DNA of 61,440 nt, filler included. It is 5 parts of 5 records of this genome, joined end to end, with 100 filler letters (N's around TTAATTAATTAA, not from the genome) between each part and the next. Parts side by side here need not be neighbours in the genome. Positions count along the whole stretch, not along the records: positions 23,132 to 29,483 come from DRR723986_33090; positions 29,584 to 48,712 come from DRR723986_33105; 3 more parts are not named here. One strand, given 5' to 3'. The notes beneath the pieces were generated by a model that worked only from the letters and a program-made list of their open reading frames with translations, had not been told where the DNA came from and did not search any database. The position numbers were made by a program, and so were the translations under genes. Shown here piece by piece: positions 27,101 to 36,529 of this stretch. Within the stretch, counting starts at the first letter, position 1; every line of letters begins with the position of its first letter.

Positions 27101-27407
27101 GCCGTTGCTGTCTGGTGCGGGCATCAAGGGCAAGGTTATCTCGGCGCTGGCGCATGGTATTCCAACGGTCCTGACCCCAATCGCCGCCGAAGGAATTGGC
27201 CTGCGCAGCGGTCTCGATTGTATCATCGCACAAACATCGGAAGAATGGCGCAGTGCCATCGCCGCGCTGTCTGTGGATGATGAGCTGTGGCAGCGCTTGT
27301 CGTCCAACGGGCAGAATTACGTTGCAGACACCTTTAGCTTTGATCGTGGCCGTACCCAGATGCGCATTGCTTTTGAAGCGGCCGATCTGTTTGGCGCGCG
27401 TCCTTGA
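24192..27407 (+). CDS. Multidomain glycosyltransferase (unassigned N-terminus + GT2 + GT4/GT-B)
   Basis: VSIIIP, VVDDASTD, LLNNDV, YFEDTDL (GT2); FLGSFKHHPN, APLLSGAGIKGKV (GT4-like). Confidence 0.92.
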   Translation: MRPLSMTLARIPDFHCLLMMDGVIYGNLKDNARSTSRELHLGGARSLFAPSAQAPIDGRDAAIPFTLSSDAMTTRITSEPAEEKAGDIFACWVNHLPDWSMHGSQTIQLMIHQFDASCRITFKDELAVSKLRTGMRFETQLAIHRAKADLVISFSDPLNDLEEHHRIAFDPAFKGGLRTSGYLPVSIPLPDHFESCDVALAVDYHHQLPDDTGTEPFMFIAGTQITPDHVSKINQTSAVPCQISGESMANGSTWISAPLPTALTPGQAISVNVDGKSFPVTPMQNTTFFVRENFGHTLICQSEEELDLILSIDGRYINTLQIGINDTVIRLPDQFLDGHVHLVCITDISGSVTLFKSQQLVPAIVTPAAVMQHESVAPFPAMIFAQTAQRYDGLKKLIGTAKADTDLAQVAHAIKTVEGGHENVKLEPLTFPHVDRPDVSIIIPAHNKVEVTYLALCSLLIAPNRASFEVIVVDDASTDETAELEKIVTGINVIHNETPQRFIRACNAGAAQARGRYVALLNNDVEVTAGWIDALIDAFDRFDNVGLAGSKLLNPDGSLQDAGGIVWGSGNPWNYGNAQNPHEPRFGYARQADYLSGAALMMPKKLWNKIGGLSSYLEPMYFEDTDLAFKVREAGYSTWFVPSSQVYHFEGMTSGTDVSTGFKKYQEVNRPKFKRRWARAFGQFGTEGTAPDLEKDRGIVGRVLFIDYAPPRPDKDAGSYAALQEMKLVQSLGYKVTFMSTNMAHLGSYTEDLQRQGIEVIYAPFFMNADEYLTKHAQDFDAFFLTRYYVAQTVLPTIRAHAPAARILFNNADLHFLRELRAAQRAGDLNKLESARRVRTEELDVIKAVDVVLSYTEVEHSVIEAYTDGQAKIVKCPWVVDRPKNILGLGKRRGLSFLGSFKHHPNTEGIKWFAKDVMPLLDNDSTAPLLTIYGSGMGEDIRALASDLILPHGFVENASDAFHAHRIFVAPLLSGAGIKGKVISALAHGIPTVLTPIAAEGIGLRSGLDCIIAQTSEEWRSAIAALSVDDELWQRLSSNGQNYVADTFSFDRGRTQMRIAFEAADLFGARP

Positions 27408-27423
27408 GATTGTGGCAATTCAC

Positions 27424-28158
27424 ATGAGCCCCTCTTCCCGCACGGTGATCCTGCACTGCCATCTGTTCAAAAATGCCGGCACCTCGCTGGATCACATTCT
27501 TAAGCAGAATTTTGGGGATCGCTGGGTCACCCGCGAATTTGACATGGATCAGGGCAGCAACACAGATCAAGTCGAGGACTGGATCTTGACCACGCCAAAG
27601 GCCGTTGCATTTTCGTCCCACACTGTGACAGGGCCGCTGCCAGTGATCCCTGATACCGAAATTGTCCCGGTCCTATTGCTCCGAGAACCATTGTCGCGGA
27701 TAAGCTCCGCCTACAGGTTTGAGCGGAACCAGCAGGCAGACACCTTTGGCGCCAGGCTGGCCAAAGAGAACGATTTGGCTGGCTATGTGTCCAGTAGGCT
27801 TGCAATCCCTCAAGACCGCCAATGCCAGAATTTTCAATCTTGGCGATTGGCGATGTTTTGCCCCGGACCGGAAACCGAACTTCAAAGGGCAAAAGCCGGA
27901 GCGGCGTTGATCAATGATGTGGGTGTGCTTGGCCTGGTTGAGGCATTTGACCAGGCGCTGATGGCCCTTCAACGCCGTGTCGACGACGTGTATCCCGATT
28001 TCGCATGGCAACAGGTCCGCGCCAACACCACCACCAAGTCATCGGAATCGCAAATGGATCAGCCCCTGCGGCAGCAGTTGGAAAACGCCAATGCGGACGA
28101 TCTCAGCTTGCTGCGGCATGCTCAGAAACTGCTCTGTGCCAGTCAGCCGGCCGATTGA
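27424..28158 (+). CDS. Sulfotransferase (Sulfotransfer_2-like)
   Basis: 5'-PSB motif HLFKNAGTS and 3'-PB motif LREPLSRISSAY; ATG at 27424, 16 bp after the GT stop. Confidence 0.85.
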   Translation: MSPSSRTVILHCHLFKNAGTSLDHILKQNFGDRWVTREFDMDQGSNTDQVEDWILTTPKAVAFSSHTVTGPLPVIPDTEIVPVLLLREPLSRISSAYRFERNQQADTFGARLAKENDLAGYVSSRLAIPQDRQCQNFQSWRLAMFCPGPETELQRAKAGAALINDVGVLGLVEAFDQALMALQRRVDDVYPDFAWQQVRANTTTKSSESQMDQPLRQQLENANADDLSLLRHAQKLLCASQPAD

Positions 28159-29057
28159 TCCGCGCAAGCGTTCATGGACCAGCTTTCTGGTAACTCGAAC
28201 CCTTCTTGTTCCACTTCCCGGCAGATCCGCGCGACATCACGCGCAAAGAGATCAGCAAAAAACGCTGGCATTGGATGTTTCACACTCTCCGTAAAGCGCC
28301 GATCCAACAGCGCTTGTGGATAGTGAAACGGCTCAATCTCCAGAAAGGCCTCAATCTGGCGCAGCATCCCACGTTGATCACGATGCAGATCTTCGTAGAA
28401 AATCACCTTGCGGCTTTGCTTGGGCAGACCATCGCGTAAGTTGCGCAACACCTCCCCGTATTCAGCATTCTTCCAGATATGCGGTTGCCGGACGAAGCCC
28501 TCGAACTCGGCTGCCGTCCAGTTTGTGAGGTTCTCAATCTGGCCCGAGATTTGCAGATGAAATTTCGTATGGCTCCACAATCGTTTGATCGGATCACGCA
28601 TCGTATAAAGAACCCGCAGTTGATCCGTATGCCCGGCCACCCGAGGCCAAGCGGCGGCAGGAAGCAGCGCATGCAAATTCGAAAAATCACATGCATAGAT
28701 TTCCTTGTCTCGCATTTGAAACAGATTCCTGTACCAAAAATCATCAACCGGGCGACTAAGATAATTGGCGATCCAATGCAGGTTGTGGCGGACCGCGTCG
28801 ATATTTGCGGTCGCTGGATCAAACCGGGGCAAATACCGGTTTCGCGCTTCGCTCAGGCGCCGTGTTTCGTTCAATTGTGATGGGTCGACATAGCGATGGT
28901 AGAAATAGTGAATTTCCTTTTCCATCGCAAAATGCAGCGCGGGATGACGCGCAAGGACTGCATACAGCCATGTTGTTCCGGCCTTCATGGCACCGATGCT
29001 CAGGAACAGATGTGAAAAAAGCTTGCCTGATGTGGCATTGGCATCGTCATCCATCAC
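28143..29057 (-). CDS. Sulfotransferase
   Basis: IGAMKAGTTWL, KEIHYF, MRDPIKRLWS, FYEDL. Confidence 0.92.
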   Translation of the reverse strand: MMDDDANATSGKLFSHLFLSIGAMKAGTTWLYAVLARHPALHFAMEKEIHYFYHRYVDPSQLNETRRLSEARNRYLPRFDPATANIDAVRHNLHWIANYLSRPVDDFWYRNLFQMRDKEIYACDFSNLHALLPAAAWPRVAGHTDQLRVLYTMRDPIKRLWSHTKFHLQISGQIENLTNWTAAEFEGFVRQPHIWKNAEYGEVLRNLRDGLPKQSRKVIFYEDLHRDQRGMLRQIEAFLEIEPFHYPQALLDRRFTESVKHPMPAFFADLFARDVARICREVEQEGFELPESWSMNACADQSAG

Positions 29058-29483
29058 GCCACCTTTGGCAGGTGCAACCCCTGCATCAGGTCTAGATAAA
29101 GCCGGTGATAAACGTCCCTGCGAAAATGGTTGAGATCCAAAAGATCCCGCGCACCCGCGATGTGATTTTCGGGATCCAGCAAGGTCACGTTTGAACGCTG
29201 CCCCGCGACTTGACGCAATGCGATGTTCAATAATTGGTGGTGCTGATGCCGTGGTTTGTCGCGGTTGAGAAAGAACAACGGACCTCGCTCATTGGCAAGC
29301 ATCAGTACGATATGCACCTGAGGCGGAATGGCGTTTAGAACAGTTGCATAGCGTGCGACCATTTCATCCGGGCCCAACAGCCCCTGATATTCGTAGTCCC
29401 GACAAAGAACTTCCAATCGCGCCCTTTGAAGATCGGTCTTGGCAACGGCCGCCCGCAGATCTGATTGCGCAATCAAATCATGG
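29054..29483 (-). CDS. Hypothetical protein, C-terminal part (truncated by contig end)
   Basis: Open to the contig edge; stop overlaps the sulfotransferase start; ends with an SGNH-like DxxH pattern (LDLNHF). Confidence 0.6.
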
Positions 29484-29583
29484 NNNNNNNNNNNNNNNNN
29501 NNNNNNNNNNNNNNNNNNNNNNNNNNNTTAATTAATTAANNNNNNNNNNNNNNNNNNNNNNNNNNNNNNNNNNNNNNNNNNNN
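29484..29583. other. Artificial contig spacer
   Basis: N44-TTAATTAATTAA-N44. Confidence 0.99.
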
Positions 29584-29760
29584 TTTAACCAAAGCCCATG
29601 TTGTACATAACGCGAGTACATTATGAAACAAATATGTTATCATAATAAGACGCTATGTAAAATTACTTTAACTAAAAAAAACTAAACAATATTTGTGAGT
29701 AAATTTCTAAACTTATTTATTTCTTGCTGTAAAATATTAGTGATGAATTGACTGACCGCG

Positions 29761-30213
29761 TCAAAACAACTGTTTCTTAATAAATTTTATAGTCGCTTTA
29801 CCAAATTTGGTTTCCACTTCTAAAAAGTAAATACCTTTCTCCAATTTTGAGACATTTATGTCTGATAACTGACTTTTTAAAACCAGTTGACCAATAGAAT
29901 TATAAATGACTGCACTTGAAAAATCTAAATTAACTGGCACGTGGATCTTTAAAATATTATCAACTGGGTTCTGCTCTATGACTACTTGTGTCGTAACATT
30001 ATGATCTTCTATATTTAAAAGCCCTGACATATTAAATACACGCACATGGCCAGAATCAATGCCACTACCATCATTTGCTCGCGAACCTACAGCAACTATA
30101 CTACCATCAGAGGATAAACTTACATCATAACCAAAATTATCATAATTTGCTTCACCATCTATATCTATTCCTACTTGTGTCCACATTCCGGATACATATT
30201 GAAAGACACGTGC
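29761..30213 (-). pseudogene. 3' remnant of a T9SS type-A-sorted protein with FG-GAP-like repeats
   Basis: The frame reads ARVFQYVSGMWTQVG.. (mid-repeat) from 30213 with no signal peptide and ends in a CTD (NPVDN.L.I, IYNSIGQLV, GIYFLEV, KFIKK). Confidence 0.75.
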
Positions 30214-30220
30214 ATATATC

Positions 30221-30412
30221 TTAAATAACTTTTACGTTAATTGCGTTAAATCCTTTTTTGCCCTCTGTAAGATCGTATTCTGCGGTATCGCCTTCGCGAA
30301 TTTCGTCTACTAATCCAGAAATGTGAACAAAATGTTCTGTGTTTGAACCTTCTTCTGTAATAAATCCGGAGCCTTTAGCATCGTTGAAGAATTTTACTGT
30401 TCCTTTACTCAT
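30221..30412 (-). CDS. Cold-shock protein (CspA family), RNP1 variant KGSGFI
   Basis: GTVKFFND, FVHISGL, NAINVK. Confidence 0.93.
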   Translation of the reverse strand: MSKGTVKFFNDAKGSGFITEEGSNTEHFVHISGLVDEIREGDTAEYDLTEGKKGFNAINVKVI

Positions 30413-30496
30413 TGTATTATATTTAATTTTTTAATAATACTCTATGGTATTCAACAAGTATGCCACAAATAGTTTAGTTTAAATACAGATATAGAA

Positions 30497-31615
30497 CTAC
30501 ATCGTTATTTCACTAAAAACAATACCTAGCGTTTTTTGAATATCAATTACCTTTTGCATTTCTCCAGGAATAATTAAAGCCAATGATTGACCTGTTTTAC
30601 CTGCTCTTGCTGTTCTCCCACTTCGATGTGTATAATAATCTAAATGCTCTGGTAATTGATGATGTAATACAAATGCCAGATTAGTAACATCTATACCTCT
30701 TGCAGATACATCTGTAGAAACTAATACTTGAAGACTTTCATTTTTAAAGGCACGCATTAGTTTATCGCGCTCCTTCTGTTGCATATCACCTTCTAAAGCT
30801 CCTGCCGCAAAACCTTCGTGCTGTAGTTGCTGTGCTAAATTTTTTGTTCCTGCTTTTGTTCTACAGAAAATTACACCACGTTCATCCTGACGCTTTTCCA
30901 AAATTCGGATAATCATATTCAACTTATCCTTAATATTGGTTTGAATATAATGATGTGAAATATTTGCATTAACCAATGCATTTTTGTTCACCTCTACTCT
31001 AGCAGCATCTGATGACATGTATGTATTCACAATACGTTTAATTTCTTCTGGCATGGTTGCAGAAAACAACCATGTATTACGCTTACTCGTATTGTATTTT
31101 AGTATTTTATTGAGATCTTCTTTAAATCCCATGCTTAGCATTTCATCAGCTTCATCTAAAATCAATGTTTCTACCTTAGATATATCCACAGCACCACGTT
31201 CTACCAAATCCAATAGTCGTCCTGGTGTTGCTACTACGATATGCGTTGTTCTGGTTAAGGCCTTTATTTGTCTATCCATTTTTTCGCCTCCATAAACACC
31301 TTCTACAAAAATTTTACCGTCAATGTATTTTGTAAACTTAAAGAGTTGTTTCTTTATTTGCTGTACCAATTCTCGTGTTGGCGCGATAATAAGAGCTTGT
31401 ACTTCGGGCTTATTCTTATCTATACCTTGTAGCACTGGTAATCCGAAAGCAGCCGTTTTACCTGTGCCTGTTTGGGCTAAACCAATTAAATCTGTTTTAG
31501 ATTCTAGTAAAATTGGTATAACGGTTTCTTGAATCTCAGTTGGATTTACAATACCGAGTTCTTTTAGTCCTTTTATATAAGATTTATGAATGCCTAATTC
31601 TGAAAATGATGCCAT
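30497..31615 (-). CDS. DEAD-box RNA helicase (core only)
   Basis: Q motif, AQTGTGKT, PTREL, DEAD, SAT, ARGID, HRSGRTAR. Confidence 0.97.
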   Translation of the reverse strand: MASFSELGIHKSYIKGLKELGIVNPTEIQETVIPILLESKTDLIGLAQTGTGKTAAFGLPVLQGIDKNKPEVQALIIAPTRELVQQIKKQLFKFTKYIDGKIFVEGVYGGEKMDRQIKALTRTTHIVVATPGRLLDLVERGAVDISKVETLILDEADEMLSMGFKEDLNKILKYNTSKRNTWLFSATMPEEIKRIVNTYMSSDAARVEVNKNALVNANISHHYIQTNIKDKLNMIIRILEKRQDERGVIFCRTKAGTKNLAQQLQHEGFAAGALEGDMQQKERDKLMRAFKNESLQVLVSTDVSARGIDVTNLAFVLHHQLPEHLDYYTHRSGRTARAGKTGQSLALIIPGEMQKVIDIQKTLGIVFSEITM

Positions 31616-31642
31616 AATAAAATACCTTGTGTTACAATGTGA

Positions 31643-33196
31643 TTAATCCTCTGGAGGGAAGCCATGAATTTCTTCAAACTTCTCATCAAAATTAGCACGC
31701 AAATAAGAATTTAGTTTCTGCTTATAATCGTCCTTTAACCATTTTAAAAAGTTGTGAGTGCCTTTACTAATACACTTGGCATAGATTTCTATACGCATAT
31801 TAATATCTTCTTTTAGCATCTTTGCCAATCCTAAAGCATCATATACATCTTCACTATTCTCAATACAGATTTTTGCATGCTGTTCTATAGAGCGTTCTAA
31901 AACTACTTTAGAAGATTCTCCTTTAGCGACAGCATCTTTATAGGTTTGTTTGATATCAAAATATGTGTCTTCAGATTTTGAAAACTCTTCTTTAATTTCA
32001 TCGGCTAACTCATGCTTAAAATTAGCTTCAATGGCTTCATCGCTCTTAATACGGTCAGCATACCAATTCGGTGACTTAAATATAAGTTGCCAGTCTAAAT
32101 CTGCTCCCCAAGGCCCAAATCGATATAGATTATTACCAAGATCTATAATGGTAAACTTAGATTTGTTATTAAGTATACGAGAGCCTCTACCTACCATCTG
32201 GTAATACAAGGTCAATGATTTTGTTGCTCTATTTAATATAATGGTGTCAATAGTAGGTTCATCAAACCCTGTTGTTAAAATACTGACTGATGTTAAAATG
32301 GCATCTGGAGTTTCGTGAAACCAATCTAAAATTTGCTTTCGTTGTTTCTTTGTTGCCGTATTATCTAGATGCATAATTGGTAAACCTGCTTCTCTAAATG
32401 CGTAGTAAACACTTATGGAGGTGTTAATACCATTATTAAAAATTAAAGCCTTCTTGCCCAAGGAATGTTTTTTATAAGCATCAACTGTCTTTTGTAACAT
32501 TGCTGGACTAGAATATAAATCTTCTGAAGATTTCACCGTATAATCACCATTAGAACCCACTTCTAAAGAGGTTAATCCCATATCGTAAGCATAAGTTTCA
32601 GCTCGTGCCAAAAACTCATTTTCAATAAGATTTTCTATAGTTTCACCAGTAATTAGTTCTTGATAATTGCCTTTCATTGGTAATTCTTTATTAGAACTTA
32701 ATGGTGTTGCAGTAACACCTAAAATGAAAGACTTTTCAAAGAATTTGAACAATTTGGTAAACGAATTGTAATGCGCCTCATCTATAATCACTAAACCAAC
32801 ATTAGAAATATCTAACATATCATCATTTAGCCTATTGTTTAAGGTTTCAACCATCGCCACAAAACAAGAATACTGATCCTGATCATCTAAATTGGCTTTA
32901 CTATCTACAACTTTATTGGTTACACCAAAACTAGTCAACATATCAGAGGTCTGTCTACAAAGCTCAATTCTGTGAGTCATTACCAAGACTTTTTTCTTGT
33001 GGTTTTTCAGGTATTGACGAACCATTTCTGAGAAAATAACCGTTTTACCTCCACCTGTCGGTAACTGATACAATAGATGGTAATCGTCTGGAGCTGTATC
33101 AAACTTTTCAAAAATCTTACTTATGGCACCATGTTGATAGTCGTATAATTGTTTATCGGTTTTCTTTTCTTGAACAGCTTGATTCGTTTGAGACAT
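31643..33196 (-). CDS. SF2 DEAH helicase (ResIII/RadD-YejH-like)
   Basis: LPTGGGKT, DEAH, GVTATP, LTTGFD, QMVGRGSR; -7 element TAATTTTG at 33224-33231 supports the ATG at 33196. Confidence 0.92.
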   Translation of the reverse strand: MSQTNQAVQEKKTDKQLYDYQHGAISKIFEKFDTAPDDYHLLYQLPTGGGKTVIFSEMVRQYLKNHKKKVLVMTHRIELCRQTSDMLTSFGVTNKVVDSKANLDDQDQYSCFVAMVETLNNRLNDDMLDISNVGLVIIDEAHYNSFTKLFKFFEKSFILGVTATPLSSNKELPMKGNYQELITGETIENLIENEFLARAETYAYDMGLTSLEVGSNGDYTVKSSEDLYSSPAMLQKTVDAYKKHSLGKKALIFNNGINTSISVYYAFREAGLPIMHLDNTATKKQRKQILDWFHETPDAILTSVSILTTGFDEPTIDTIILNRATKSLTLYYQMVGRGSRILNNKSKFTIIDLGNNLYRFGPWGADLDWQLIFKSPNWYADRIKSDEAIEANFKHELADEIKEEFSKSEDTYFDIKQTYKDAVAKGESSKVVLERSIEQHAKICIENSEDVYDALGLAKMLKEDINMRIEIYAKCISKGTHNFLKWLKDDYKQKLNSYLRANFDEKFEEIHGFPPED

Positions 33197-33318
33197 ATTT
33201 TTAACTATTGAAATAATGAGTTGCAAAATTAAGCTATTTTAAGAGATGTTAAAGCCATTTGTAGTTAACAATATTTCTTTTAATTTTACGTTTTTCAGTC
33301 GCTAGATTAATTACATAA

Positions 33319-34251
33319 ATGAAAACCCTCTCATTCTGTCTTTTATTTTTATTGAGTTTTACCTCTGTCTTCTCACAAGATGAGAATAGCTCAAAATCCA
33401 TAAAAATTACAATTCCATTATTGACTGAGAAACATGACTTAGTCGAAGAAATTGAAATCCCAATTCACAGAAATCCAGATACTCTTAATAATAACAAGGT
33501 TGATATAAAATCTGAATTTTGGGACACTACGGTCTATAATCCTTATAAAGATGTGATTGTAGATTATCCTATTAAAATTTCATTTACTGATAGTACTTAT
33601 TCAAGTCCTGTTTCACATAAAAAAGTGATAACATCTCGCTATGGATGGCGTAGAGGACGACCACATAAAGGTATAGATATAGACCTAGTGACAGGTGATA
33701 GCGTAGTATCAATGTTAGATGGTATAGTTCGTTTTGCAAGATATAGTCGTGGTCATGGAAAAACAGTAGTTGTAAGACACTATAATGGCCTAGAAACGAC
33801 TTACGCCCATTTATCTCATATTGCTGTTAAAGCGAATGATTATGTTACTAAAGGACAATTTATTGGTAAAGGTGGCAACACCGGAAACTCAAGAGGTAGC
33901 CACTTACATTTAGTAACGAGTTATCGCGGTGAGTATATTCATCCGGAATACCTTTTTAATTTTAATAATACTAATGCCATTCGTTCGGAAGAACTATGGG
34001 TGACCAGAAAATGGACTCGTCCAACATACCACAGTTCTAAAGGTTTAGCAAAACTAACACTGTTTACAACTAAAGAAGAGGCTCTTGCCAGTTTAGAGAA
34101 ACAACGTAAAATTTATGTCGTTAGAAAAGGAGATACATTGTCTCGAATTTCTAAGAGAAATAGCACGAGTATTGCAGCCATTTGTAGAACAAATAAAATT
34201 AAAAGTACTTCTACATTAAGAATTGGTCAAAAATTGATTTTAGATCTCTAA
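33319..34251 (+). CDS. M23-family peptidase with C-terminal LysM
   Basis: HKGID, YAHLS, GSHLH; YVVRKGDTLSRIS LysM. Confidence 0.95.
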   Translation: MKTLSFCLLFLLSFTSVFSQDENSSKSIKITIPLLTEKHDLVEEIEIPIHRNPDTLNNNKVDIKSEFWDTTVYNPYKDVIVDYPIKISFTDSTYSSPVSHKKVITSRYGWRRGRPHKGIDIDLVTGDSVVSMLDGIVRFARYSRGHGKTVVVRHYNGLETTYAHLSHIAVKANDYVTKGQFIGKGGNTGNSRGSHLHLVTSYRGEYIHPEYLFNFNNTNAIRSEELWVTRKWTRPTYHSSKGLAKLTLFTTKEEALASLEKQRKIYVVRKGDTLSRISKRNSTSIAAICRTNKIKSTSTLRIGQKLILDL

Positions 34252-34309
34252 ATCACCGCTTTTAAAACTATAATTTTCTTTATTTTGCAGGCTCATTAAA
34301 TTAGCACTT

Positions 34310-36529
34310 GTGAAAGTCTGTATTGCCGAAAAACCTAGTGTCGCCAGAGAAATTGCTGCTGTCTTAGGAGCCACCACAAAACGTGATGGGTTCTTTGAGG
34401 GAAATGGCTATGCTGTAACCTATACTTTTGGCCATCTTTGTTCTCTATGTGAGCCAAGTGATTATAAACCACATTGGAAAAATTGGGACTTAAACAATTT
34501 GCCAATGTTACCAGAAAAGTTTCGTGTAAAAGTTTCTGAGAATGATGGCATAAAAAAACAATTTAACATTGTAAAAAGCTTATTTGATAAAGCAGATGTT
34601 GTTATAAACTGTGGTGATGCTGGCCAGGAAGGAGAATTAATTCAACGTTGGGTTATAAATGAAGCTAAGTATACAGGAGAAGTAAAACGACTCTGGATTT
34701 CATCTTTAACAACAGAAGCAATAAAGGAAGGATTTCAAAATCTTAAATCTTCAAAAGACTACGATAATTTATATTATGCAGGCTTTTCTAGGTCTATTGG
34801 TGACTGGCTGCTAGGTATTAATGCTACACGCTTATATACCGTTAAACATGGCGGTTATAAGCAAGTACTCTCTGTTGGTCGTGTACAGACTCCTACCCTT
34901 GCTATGCTGGTCAATAGATATAAAGAAATTGAAAACTTTGTACCACAGCCCTATTGGGAACTTCAAACGCTTTATAGAGACACATTATTTAGCTATGAAG
35001 ATGGTCGTTTTCTAAAAAGGGAAGATGGCGAAGTTTTAGCAAATAAAGTAAAAGAGCATGAATTTGAAATAGTCTCTGTTACAAAAAAGAAAGGCAATGA
35101 CTACGCACCAAAACTCTTTGATTTAACAGGACTACAAGTTTATTGTAATACTAAGTTTGGTTTTTCTGCTGATGATACTTTAAAAATAGCGCAGCGACTA
35201 TATGAGAAAAAGGTTGTTACATATCCTAGAGTAGACACCACATTTTTACCCAATGATGTTTACCCTAAGGTAAAAGGTATTTTATCTAAACTTGTTGACT
35301 ATAAACATCTTACATCACCTCTTCTAAATAAAAAGATAAAGAAATCAACGCGAGTATTTAATGATAAAAAAGTAACAGATCACCATGCTATTATTCCCAC
35401 CGGAATACAAACGCAATTACAGTATAATGAACAGCAGGTATACGATATAATCGTAAGGCGTTTTATAGCTGTTTTTTATGATGATTGTAAGGTTTCAAAT
35501 ACAACTGTAATTGGAAAAGCAGCAGATGTTAAATTTAAAACTACAGGTAAAGAAATTTTAGTTAAAGGCTGGCGTATTGTTTTTGAAACAGAGAATTCTA
35601 AAAGTAATACCGAATCCCTTTTACCAACTTTTGAAAAAGGAGAAAGAGGACCACATCAACCTTCGTTCTTAGAAAAACAAACTAAACCTCCCAAGCAATA
35701 TACAGAAGCTTCTCTGCTACGTGCCATGGAAACAGCAGGCAAACAGGTTGATGATGATGAGCTACGCGACCTAATGAAAGAGAATGGTATTGGTCGTCCA
35801 TCAACACGTGCCAATATTATTGAAACACTTTTTAAACGTAAATACATAAAACGAAATAAAAAGCAAATTTTACCAACAGTTACAGGAATTCAGTTAATTG
35901 ATACTATTCAAAATGAACTATTAAAATCTGCCGAGTTAACTGGTACCTGGGAAAAGCAACTAAAAGATATTGAAAAGGGTAAAATAAGTGCTAACGCCTT
36001 TATTAAAGGTATGAAGCGAATGGTTGATGCTTTGGTATATGAAGTGCGCAGTGAAACTGTACAAACACGTATATCATCTGTAAATAATAAACCAGTCACA
36101 AAACAAAAATCAAAGCCAAATACAAAAAAGGAGGCTTTAATTGAAAACTCTTGCCCTAAATGCAAATCTGGTAAACTTTTAAAAGGAAAAACAGCTTATG
36201 GCTGTAATCTATATGGGAAATCTTGCGACTTTACTTTACCCTTTAAAATTGGAGATAAAAAGATATCTGAAAATCAATATTTACGCTTACTAAGTAAAGG
36301 GTCTACAGTAAATCTTAAGGGTTTTAAACTAAACGGTGAAATTGTTGAAGGACGATTGCGTTTTGATGAGAATTTTAATTTAAAACTAGAACCAAAACAG
36401 ATTAAGACTAAGACTATTACTGCTGGTGATAATTGCCCAAAATGTAAAACAGGGAAAATTTTAAAAGGTAAAACTGCCTTTGGTTGCAGTAATTATAAGA
36501 CCGGTTGTGATTATCGTGTTGGGTTTTAA
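34310..36529 (+). CDS. topB: DNA topoisomerase III
   Basis: IAEKPSVA, DAGQEGE, SVGRVQTPTL, TYPRVD, GIGRPSTRA; C-terminal zinc ribbons. Confidence 0.96.
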   Translation: MKVCIAEKPSVAREIAAVLGATTKRDGFFEGNGYAVTYTFGHLCSLCEPSDYKPHWKNWDLNNLPMLPEKFRVKVSENDGIKKQFNIVKSLFDKADVVINCGDAGQEGELIQRWVINEAKYTGEVKRLWISSLTTEAIKEGFQNLKSSKDYDNLYYAGFSRSIGDWLLGINATRLYTVKHGGYKQVLSVGRVQTPTLAMLVNRYKEIENFVPQPYWELQTLYRDTLFSYEDGRFLKREDGEVLANKVKEHEFEIVSVTKKKGNDYAPKLFDLTGLQVYCNTKFGFSADDTLKIAQRLYEKKVVTYPRVDTTFLPNDVYPKVKGILSKLVDYKHLTSPLLNKKIKKSTRVFNDKKVTDHHAIIPTGIQTQLQYNEQQVYDIIVRRFIAVFYDDCKVSNTTVIGKAADVKFKTTGKEILVKGWRIVFETENSKSNTESLLPTFEKGERGPHQPSFLEKQTKPPKQYTEASLLRAMETAGKQVDDDELRDLMKENGIGRPSTRANIIETLFKRKYIKRNKKQILPTVTGIQLIDTIQNELLKSAELTGTWEKQLKDIEKGKISANAFIKGMKRMVDALVYEVRSETVQTRISSVNNKPVTKQKSKPNTKKEALIENSCPKCKSGKLLKGKTAYGCNLYGKSCDFTLPFKIGDKKISENQYLRLLSKGSTVNLKGFKLNGEIVEGRLRFDENFNLKLEPKQIKTKTITAGDNCPKCKTGKILKGKTAFGCSNYKTGCDYRVGF

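Noticed and set aside
23305-29095. Numerous short overlapping ORFs in the GC-rich contig
   Set aside because: Alternate-frame or antisense shadows of kpsM, the glycosyltransferase and the sulfotransferases; no motifs.
29584-29760. TGTTGTACATAA near the contig start as a possible cassette recombination site
   Set aside because: Single short match with no partner repeat or integrase; insufficient evidence.
30497-36529. Two helicases plus topoisomerase as an anti-phage defence system
   Set aside because: All resemble ordinary Flavobacteriaceae housekeeping genes; no nuclease, methylase or effector partner and no island signature.
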